From: Octopus vulgaris
Lineage: Eukaryota
Assembly: GCA_951406725.2 (NCBI GenBank)
Contig: OX597814.1
Location: forward strand, 108,748,001-108,812,000
DNA: 64,000 bases
Direction: 5' to 3'
Positions 54,241 to 64,000 of this stretch are shown piece after piece. The notes under the pieces were generated by a model. That model did not search any database. It was given only the letters and a program-made list of their open reading frames with translations, and had not been told where the DNA came from. The position numbers and the translations under genes are program-made. Each line of letters begins with the position of its first letter. Position 1 is the stretch's first letter.

Positions 54241-56530
54241 AGTATGTGTGTAGTAAAAAAATGGAAGCATGTTTTTGTGATAAAAACGTGAAGATTAAAG
54301 CTGAGAATGTGCGGAAAGGAGTGGATAAAGTAGAGGGAAAACTGTGTGCGTATGTGTACAGTAGACTGCGTGAATGCCTGTATGAGAGTATATGTGTTTG
54401 TGTATTAGAGAATATGTGCGTATGGTTGGGTGTATGTAAAGAGGACAAGAGAGTATGTGAGTGCGTGTCTATGTACAAAGGACAAAACTTATGAGAGTGT
54501 GTGTGCCTGTGTGTAAGAAACCAAGTCTGTGTGTATGCATGGAAGGAAAGTGTCTTTGAAGCAGTGTGTGAAGAAGTCACAGATAGAGAAAGAGAGAGAG
54601 AATGGAAAAATAAAAGATATAGAAAGGCAAGGTAAACTCATCAGGAGTAACACATATATAAATAAATGTGTATATATATATATATATTTCTTTACTACCC
54701 ACAAGGGGCTAAACACAGAGGGGATAAACAAGGACAGACAAATGGATTAAGTCGATTACATTGCTGCCAGTGCGTAACTGGTACTTAATTTATTGACCCC
54801 GAAAGGATGAAAGGCAAAGTCGACCTCGGCGGAATTTGAACTCGGAACGTAACGACAGACAAAATACGGCCACGCATTTCGCCCAACATGCTAACGTTTC
54901 TGCCAGCTCGCTGCCTTCATGTGTATATATATATGTGTGTATATGTATGTATATATGTGTGTGTATGTATGTATTTATATATATGTGTGTGTGGGGGTCT
55001 TAGTGCCTCCCTACTCTGTAAAATGGTGTGTTAGAAACCATGCTAAGCATAACTGTGGTAAGTAGCTTGCTTCCAACCACATGGTTCCATGTTCAGTCCC
55101 ACTGCATGGCACCTTGGGCAAGTGTCTTCTACCATAGCTTTGGGTCAACCAAAGCTTCATGAGTAGATTTGTTAGATGGAAAATGAAAGAAGCTCAATAT
55201 CAAAATGCAGAATCTTATGAAGGAGATAACAGAAGACCAAGATAGATGGTGCATTGCTGTAGTCAAGGAGACCCGTCCACCACAGAAGAATTGAGATCCT
55301 AAATCCAGGGTACCGTGTAAAAAGCATTGATGTGGGTGATGGTACCATATAAGATGCACTAGCAATGATACCACATAAAAAGCACCCAGTACACTCTGTA
55401 AAGTGGTTGGCATCAGGAGGGCACACAGCCATCGAAACCAAGATATGTGTGTGTGCGCGGACGTGCACATATGTGTGTACGTGTGTATGAACCTGGTATG
55501 GCCCCTGGCCTTGCCAGTTCCTGTCAAGCCATTCAACCCATGCAAGCACGGAAAATAGATGTTAAATGTTGATGATGATATATAATGTGTGTGTGTTTGT
55601 CTCTCATCACTGCTTGATAACCAGTATTAGTGTGTTTACATCCCTGTAACTTAGTGGTTTGGCAAAAGAGACCAATAGAATAAGTATGTGGCTTAAGAAA
55701 ATAAAAGTATTCGGGCTGATTCATTTGACTAACAATTCTTGAAGGCAGTCCTCCAGCTTGGCCAAAGTCTAATTACTGAAATAAGTAAAAGAAAGACAAA
55801 AGAAAGACTCTGGAGCTGAGCAGTGTCTTCCCACACCCCCAGCTCACTCTCCTTTCCTGCTGGCATACGTTTGATGGCTTGACAGGATCTGACAAACCAG
55901 TGAACTGTGTGGTGCTCCACTGTCAGCTTTGGCATGGTTTCTACAGCTGGATGCTTTTCCTAACACCAATTGCTTTGTTTTTTCCTGGCACTAGTATAAA
56001 TGGGGTCACTGAAAAACACACACAAGAAAAGATCCCTTGATGTGGTGGGATACAGTATTGAGGGAGGTGACTTTGTGCCAGGTGTTGAAAGGCTAAAACA
56101 CGAAGGAGGAGGAGGCACAGGCATCTTGCTGAAAAGGTGATACATGGCTACCTGAGCTGGAAAGGGAGAAAAGATGGTTATGATGAGGTGTTAGGGCATA
56201 CCCTCAAGGTTTAGGAAGGAAGGTGGATATAAAAGGAAATAAGAATAGAGGATCAAGGATGGGTAAATGGGTGGGTTTGCAAGTGTAAAAAGGGAGACAG
56301 ATTGTTAGAGATGAATGGAGAGCACAGGTGAAAGCATGGTAAGAGACAAAGGTTAGAGGTACATAGAAGAAGATATAGTGACAAAGGTTGGACAGGGGGC
56401 ATCTATGACAGATATAAGAGGGTTTCAGTAGAAAATGAGGTGATAAGGGATAATGTTAAGAATGTAGGATGGGTTTCAAAGAAATATTTCTAAGGAAAGG
56501 GATAGATGGTAGCTCAAAAGTGGGATGGAA

Positions 56531-57097
56531 TACAAGGTCTGGTCTAAAAGTATCAGGACTGTTGCTATGGTAACAGAGCTAAAACATGCAGAGTGAAGCT
56601 GCTTGACCCAAATTAACCTTGAATTCTGTCACACATGCATACTCAGTTATAATGTTCTCACTCACTTCTATTGTTTATAGCAATGTTTGAAGTAAAGTGT
56701 GTAGAGTTTGGTAGTCTCAAAAAAGACAATTGGGTTTCAGCTACACAGGATTTCCTTGATTGTGTTGAGGAAGATGAGAACATTTTTTAAAAACAGTCAT
56801 AACAAGTGGCAAATTGTGGGATCTATAGCTATGACCCCGAAACCAAGGCCCAGCTTTTGCAGTGGAAGACCTCACGAAGATTTAAGATGTTGGGGGAAAT
56901 CCAAGAGAATGTGACGAGGCAGCTGCTTGCTATCTCCAAAAAGGTGTTCCAAGAATGCTTCCATCAATGGAAACAATGCTGGATGAAGTGTGTGGCTTCA
57001 AAAGGGGACAACTTTGAAGGAGATCAAATGCCAAATTGCTGTATTGTAGTTTTCTTTTTATAGCAGCAATCCCAAAACTTTTTGATCAGACCTCATA
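56531..57097 (+). mobile_element. Mariner-like deletion derivative
   Basis: Degenerate TIRs AGGTCTGGTCTAAAAGT / ACTTTTTGATCAGACCT; YSYDPETKAQLLQWK, FQECFHQWKQCWMKCVASKGDNFEGD. Confidence 0.8.
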
Positions 57098-58348
57098 TGC
57101 AATACACACACACTGATGGACAAATGATGAAATTATTGCTGTGCTGTGCTCTTAGGAGAGGCTATGTGGAATATTTTATTTGGACATTCACAATACTCTT
57201 AGACATCCAATATGATTTATTTATTTATCTATTCTGTTGCCATATAACATGACTGCATTTGTTTGCTTTTTATTTCCCTTAGAAAAATTATCATGTGATA
57301 AGACAGACGGACAGCAAATTTGTCTGCCAGTCACCGATCATGTATTTATTTGATATATTATTTGTAAATTATGATTTGTGACAAGAAAAACTGGTAAAGA
57401 CGGTGCATATGAATGGTGCTTAGTAATTGTAGGTATTTCATGAATAAAAATTATATATGCAACAAGACATTCAGACAATGAACTTGTTGTCCAGCATTCA
57501 TATATTTATTTGATGTATTCTTTATAAATTACTATTTGTGGCAAGTAGGTACAGGCATGTGAGCAAGTGCTGTCTACTGTAGCCGTGCGCATGCGCGCGT
57601 GTGTGTGTACCCTTGTCTGGTCATCACATGATGGTGGTAAGTGAGCACCATTATCATACAAGTGAAGATGTTCATTTTCAGACTTCCATGCAAAAAATTC
57701 TAGCTTTGGAAACAATTAAGGGTTGGTGACAGGAAAGGCATCTGGCTGTAGAAAATCTACCTCATCATTTGTCCATCAGTGTGTGTGTATTGCATATGAA
57801 GTCTGATCAAGCATAGAAAAGTGGAAGTTAAATTAAGATGATGATAATGAAAACAAGACAAGTGGAGAATACAAATGCTGCTGGGCATTCATAGGAGAAG
57901 TACTGGCCATACTTCTGCCTTACTACTGATGTCCATAAGATTTTTCTGGATTTACTTCTTCAGTAAACTATACAGAAGTATCATGTCACCACTCTTATCC
58001 CCAGAGAATATACAGTCTATGCTCATCATCAGCATAATTTAATATCCATCTGGCATGGTTTAGACAGTTTGACAGGAGCTGGCAAGCCAGAAGGCAGCAC
58101 CAGGCACCGCTGTCTTTTTTGGCTTGGTTTCTACAGTTGGATGCCCTTCCTAACACAAACCACTGGACAGAGTATACTGGGTGCTTTTTACGTGGCATCA
58201 TCACCCACATCAATGTTTTTTACATTGCACCTTGATATTAGGATCTTGATTCTGTTGTGGTGAGAGGGTCTTCTTGAATACAGCAATGTGCCACCTTCGT
58301 AAGGCTCAGTGTTTTGAGACTAGCCTTCAAAACTTCATCTCATATCTT

Positions 58349-58388
<40 letters not shown>

Positions 58389-58629
58389 CAAGATAAGAAA
58401 ATGGAGAAATACATCTAAATCAAATATCAATTACCAGATAATACTCAATCACATACTTTATTAAACCACCACATAAGAGACTGTAGGGTTAAATATAAAA
58501 AGCAGAACAAATCAGTGTACATAAAGGAATGTACATAAAAAAGTGTACATAAAAGAGTAATGTTGTATAATAAGTAGAATATATATAAAAGAGAATATAA
58601 ATATAAGTAAATATAGATATAAGTATATC

Positions 58630-58682
<53 letters not shown>

Positions 58683-58794
58683 GTGTATATATATATGTGT
58701 GTATATATAATTAATAATAATAGGGAATATAAAATTCCAAACTGACAGGGAAAATTCAATTTAGCAATACTAAATCAAATTTCACAATGTATAA

Positions 58795-59506
58795 TATATG
58801 TATATGATTAAGAGAAAAACCCTCTATTAAGTATTTCAGTTGATAGTGAAAGATATTCTGAAAATCACTTAGTCAAGTTAATGTTTATTTAATTTAGTGA
58901 TTTTTAGAATATCTTTCACTATCAATTGAATTACTTGATAGAGGTTTTTTCTCTTGATTATATACATATGTGTATATATATGTGTGTGTATATATATGTG
59001 TGTGTATATATATTTTTATATTAGACCAAATGAGGTAACAAATCCAAGGTTGTGAGGAGTTTTCAGGACATTTATAATGAAATAGTCTTACAGCTGTTTC
59101 TGGGATATTATGTATATCCCTTCATCAGAGACGGTGTGAGAAAATATTTGAGTTACCTAACATTCTTGGGTCTTCTAGTAGGGAATATAATTCCAAACTT
59201 ACAGGGAAAAATTCAATTTAGCAATTCCAAATCAAATTTTGCAATATATAATATATTATATAATTAAGAGAAATAACTTCTATTAAGTAATTCTATAGTG
59301 AAAGATTTTATCTATATCATATAGAAAAATTTAAATATACTATAATAAATATTATTTTAAAAATCACTAAATTGATATATTAAATTTGTCAATTTAATGT
59401 TTATTTAATTTAGTGATTTTTTTGAATACTTATTATAGTATATTTAAATTTTTCTATATGATATAAAGTCTTTCACTATTGAATTACTTAATAGAGGTTA
59501 TTTCTC

Positions 59507-59514
<8 letters not shown>
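58795..59514. repeat. Two related AT-rich palindromes (58795-58969 and 59258-59514)
   Basis: Both preceded by TAGGGAATATAA..TTCCAAACT..AGGGAAAA; arms are self-complementary. Confidence 0.85.
59085..59132 (-). ncRNA. Minimal type I hammerhead ribozyme, apparently intact
   Basis: GTCT-CTGATGA-A-GGGATAT acata ATATCCC-A-GAAAC-AGCT-GTA-AGAC; GUA cleavage triplet, palindromic stem III ACAGCTGT. Confidence 0.8.
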
Positions 59515-59583
<69 letters not shown>

Positions 59584-61104
59584 TATGTCCTTATATATCT
59601 GCATGTGTTCTTTGGGTCCGTGTTTGTCCTCCACCACTGCTTGACACCTGATTTTGGTTTATTCACATCTCTGTAACTTAATTGTTTGGCAAAAAAGGCC
59701 AATAGAATAAATACCAGGCTTTTTAAAAAAAGGTCCTGGGGTCATTTTGTTTGGCTAAAAATTCTTGAAGGTGGTGCCTCAGCATTGCTATAGTCTAATG
59801 ACTGAAACAAATAAGAGATGGGGATAAAATATATTTATATATAAAAACATATAGATATATATGTTTATATATGTAAGTGTGAGTGTGCATTGATACTGTT
59901 TCATCAATGATGTAGAGATGAGTTTGTGTCTCCTATAAACAATGTCTGGTTGCAGTTCAACATGCAGAGATCTGGCATATAGTCTTTTACTTGAAAGAAA
60001 GGCATCTGGCTATAGGAAATTTCTTAAAGAAGTCTTGTCCAATCCATGTCAGCATGGAATAAGTGGATGTAAGGACACTGATGATATATTGACTGGCATG
60101 TAAAATGCACCAATTGAGTGTGGCTGATGCCAGTGCTACCTGACTGGCACCTATGCTAGTGGCATGTAAAAAGCACCAATCAAGTTTGACTGATGCCAGT
60201 GCCGCCTGAGTGGCACCTGTACTTGTGGCATGTAAAAAGCACTATTTGAGCGTGGCCGATGCCAGTACTGCCTGACTGGCTCCTGTGCTGGTGGCACGTA
60301 AAAGCGCCCCTCTACACTCTCAGAATGGTCAGTGTTAAGAAAGGCATCAAGCTGTAGAAACCTTACCAAATCAGATTGGAGACTGGTGCAGCTTCCTGGC
60401 TTGCCAGTTCTCAGTCAAACTGTCCAACTCATGCCAGCATGGAAAGCAAACATTAAATGACGATGATGATGATGATATGTATGTGTGTGCGTGTGTGTGT
60501 ATACATGTGTTAGAGAGAGAGTGTATATGCGTGTGTATTATCAACATTATTTTAATGTCCAATTTTTCCCATGCTCGCATGGAATTTGTTGAGGCAGATT
60601 TTCTACAGCCAGATGCCCTTCCTGTTGCCAACCCTCACTTGTTTTCCTTGTGACTGGATATATTTCAAGCATGTTTCCATGGAAAGTAGGAAACAAGGGA
60701 CATTGTTTGTGTGCGAATGACACTCATTTACAACTATCTTGTAATATCAAGGCAAGAAGACAAGAGCACACACACACACACACACACACAACACACATAC
60801 ACACACACACAAACATACACACAAACATGCACACATACATCATATTAGCATATAAAATGTCAAGACTTTCCTTTCCTTTTAAGTGTGAAACTACTTTAGT
60901 ATTTGTTAAAACTTGTCTCTCTAATGCTTCTTTCTTTTATGTTCATTGCTTAAAACTAGTTGAGCATCTCATCATTGCCAGGCAATTTTCACAATAGAAT
61001 GCCTTTATTTAAATTTTTTTAATTCCATATCAAACCATGTCTTTCCTGATGGATAGGTTTCTTGATCAGGATGGATTTCTGGATTATTTGGAACAATTTA
61101 CGAT

Positions 61105-61316
61105 GTCTCGATTAATGAAGTTTTTTGCTTTTCCATTAGGTGCATATATGTAAAGATTTTTCCTACTCCTGAACATCCAATGTAATGCTGCCCATGAGTG
61201 AAGCAGGTCTCTTCAATGTCTAAACTGGCACTGAAAATGTTTGCCCCTGGGATTTGTTGATAATCATGGCAAAACTAAGACTCACTGACAATTGAAGTTT
61301 GAATTGAAATGGAGCA
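61105..61316 (-). mobile_element. Helitron PIF1-like helicase C-terminal fragment
   Basis: PFQFKLQLSVSLSFAMIINKSQGQTF..CFTHGQHYIGCS..LYIYAPNGKAKN across frameshifts. Confidence 0.8.
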
Positions 61317-61796
61317 TCATCCTGAGTCTGTGTGACAGAGGCTCTTGAGCACTTAGCATAGAATTGAAGCATCCTCTTCTTGGATACCTCCTGAAACTAC
61401 ATGATTCAGGTTTTTATATATCCACAACATCATTTAAAGTCTGTTTTCCATGCTGGCATGGGTTGGACAGTTTGACAGGAGTTGGCAAGCCAGAGAGTTG
61501 GTTCTTATGGTTGGATGCTCTTCCTAATATGAATGTTTGTTCTTATGTCAATTTAACGTTGAACTGAAGGATTATGCAATTCTTCTGGTGTAGAACATAA
61601 TTTGTTAAATTTTGAGAATGCAAAGGTTGACAGTGACTTCAAAGTTTCAGCTGCCATCTTACCTTTGTGAGGCTATCTCATAAAAGCAAGCAAAGTGAAA
61701 TTTCAAAGTCACTATCAAACTTTTCCGTGTAAAAGTTTAATGAACACACCCATGCATGTGTGTGTGTGTATATATATGTGTATATATAAATGGGTG

Positions 61797-61827
<31 letters not shown>

Positions 61828-62206
61828 ATATATGTGTATATATGTGTGTGTATATATATATATATATATATGTGTGTGTATATATATGTGTGTGTGTATA
61901 TCTGTGTGTATATATATCTGTGTGTGTGTGTGTATGTATATATATGTCTGTGTGTGTGTATATATATATAAAGGGTAAAGACCCCCTTTGGTCATGAATG
62001 ACCATGGGATTGCACCTAGAAAGTTACCTTCCTAGATACAAGTCCGGGCAAGGTTGTTTATGGAAGGCCAGCAGTCGCCCATGCATACCAGCCTCCCCTC
62101 CCCACGCCACCAGTGTTATCCAAGGGAAAGACAAAGGTCGATACAGCTTGGCACCAGTGACGTCGCAACTCATTTCTACAGCTGTATATATGTATGTTTG
62201 TGTGTG

Positions 62207-62243
<37 letters not shown>

Positions 62244-62444
62244 ATGTGTATATATGTGTATATGTATATAAGTTTGTGTGTGTGTGTATATATATATATA
62301 TATGTATACATATATGTGTATATATATGTATGTGTATATATATATATGTATGTATGCATATATGTGTATATATATGTGTGTGTATATATATATGTATGCA
62401 TATATATATATGTATGTGTGTGTGTATGTATATATATATGTATG

Positions 62445-62494
<50 letters not shown>

Positions 62495-62936
62495 TACACA
62501 CACACATGCACCTAGACTACTAAACTTGCAATGCGATAACAATCTGAAATACATTGCTAGTTCACCCTCAGCTATGGTTTACTTCCTCTCCCAACCGTAA
62601 CTATCTTATACCATATTATCTTGCCCTCCTTTATCTTTGTCTTTCTCTCCCTCTTTATATGACTGTCTGTCTGAAGGTTTGTCTATGTGTATTTGTATGT
62701 TTCTTATTGTATTTCTTCCTCTATACTAGTGTGTGTGTGTCTGTCAGTCTGTATATGTAGACACCCACGTCTATGCCTTCTCTGTGTCTCTTTATGTATG
62801 TCTATGTCAATTCTCTGTTTGTATAACAGTATTCATATTATCGTGCTGGTTGTTCTCGTGTCTTCAGAGGTGCAATATATATATATATATATATACATAC
62901 AGACACACACACACATATATGCATGGATACATACAT

Positions 62937-62983
<47 letters not shown>

Positions 62984-63138
62984 AGTGGCTGTGTGCTAAG
63001 TAGCTTGCTTACCAACCAAATAATTCTAGGTTCAATCCCACTGCATGGCACCTTGGGCAAATGTCTTCTTCTATAGCCTCAGGCCGACCAAGCCCTTGTA
63101 AGTGGTTTTGGTAGGTGGAAACTAAAAGAAGCCCGTCG

Positions 63139-63169
<31 letters not shown>

Positions 63170-63445
63170 GTGTATATATATATGTTTGTGTTTGTCCCCC
63201 CAACATTGCTTGGAAACTGATGCTGGTGTGATTACGTCCCCATAACTTAGAAGTTTGGCAAAAGACACTGATGGAATAAGTACTAGGCTTACAAAGAAAA
63301 AGTCTTGGTGTCGATTTGCTCGACTAAAGATGGAGCTCCAGCATGGTCACAGTCAAATGACTGAAACAAGTTAAAGAATAAAAGAATATATAAATATATA
63401 TCTACACACAGACACACACATATATGCATGCATACATACCTATAC

Positions 63446-63489
<44 letters not shown>

Positions 63490-63496
<7 letters not shown>

Positions 63497-63885
63497 TAAT
63501 TTGGGTTCAGCAAAAATTTGCTTCACCACATACCGAAATTTAGAAATAGCAGTTAAAACTAACTATTTCACTTCTATAAGAAAATCTCCCAGCAGCACCA
63601 TAGTCAACTACTACAAAGGTAAAGGTGACACTTTAGATACAAATAATTACAGATGTATCAAGTTGTTGGATCAGGTAATGAAGGTCACGTAGAGGGTCAT
63701 AGCCCAACTAATTAGGGAGAGAGTGAGTCTAGATGAGACACAGTGTGGGTTCATGCCAGAGAAAAAGCACCACTGATGTTATCTGGGAGATTTTCTTATA
63801 GTAGTGAAATAGTTAGTTTTAACTGCTATTTCTAAATTTTGGTAGGTGGTGAAGCAAATTTTTGCTCAACCCTAATTATAATTAT
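63490..63885. repeat. Inverted repeat (about 100-bp arms) enclosing an RTE RT fragment
   Basis: Arms 63490-63592 and 63783-63885; loop matches 45518-45708. Confidence 0.9.
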
Positions 63886-64000
63886 ACTCATAATTATAAA
63901 ATTTCATGCATAAGTTTTCCGATAATGGTTCTTTTAACATACCGAACTACTTGGTAAAATTATTAATTAATTAATTTTACCCTTTATTATTATTATGGAT

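Noticed and set aside
61678-62600. Overlapping YI/CV/HT-rich ORFs (also near 10142-10660 and 13462-13797)
   Set aside because: They are translations of (TA)n/(TG)n microsatellites.

Overview
This is AT-rich, repeat-saturated animal genomic DNA, most likely octopus (coleoid cephalopod), judging from the tRNA-derived SINE families, RTE-type (GAT)n tails and dense (TA)n/(GAT)n/(TAA)n microsatellites. I found no confidently recognisable host protein-coding exon, and almost all ORFs in the supplied track are microsatellite or repeat artefacts. Recognisable coding remnants are all transposon-derived: RTE LINE reverse transcriptase, a full-length mariner, a Penelope GIY-YIG endonuclease, CRE and R4-like LINE pieces, piggyBac, Tigger/pogo and a Helitron helicase. 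Four signals stand out. (1) About 11 long fold-back elements and about 10 minimal type I hammerhead-ribozyme motifs of Penelope type occur, several with a compensatory U3-A8 core. (2) A composite element occurs twice: a tRNA-like Pol III head, (TAA)n and a hammerhead-bearing tail in inverted arrangement, one copy with a 12-bp TSD. (3) A ~2.1-kb tandem duplication has one copy that keeps its CpGs and an ATGGCGGC|GTAAGT first-exon-like site, while the other is CpG-decayed and has an internal inversion. (4) A 67-bp tandem unit in the RTE 3' UTR can be drawn as an H-type pseudoknot. Everything was read by eye; coordinates of degenerate elements are approximate.
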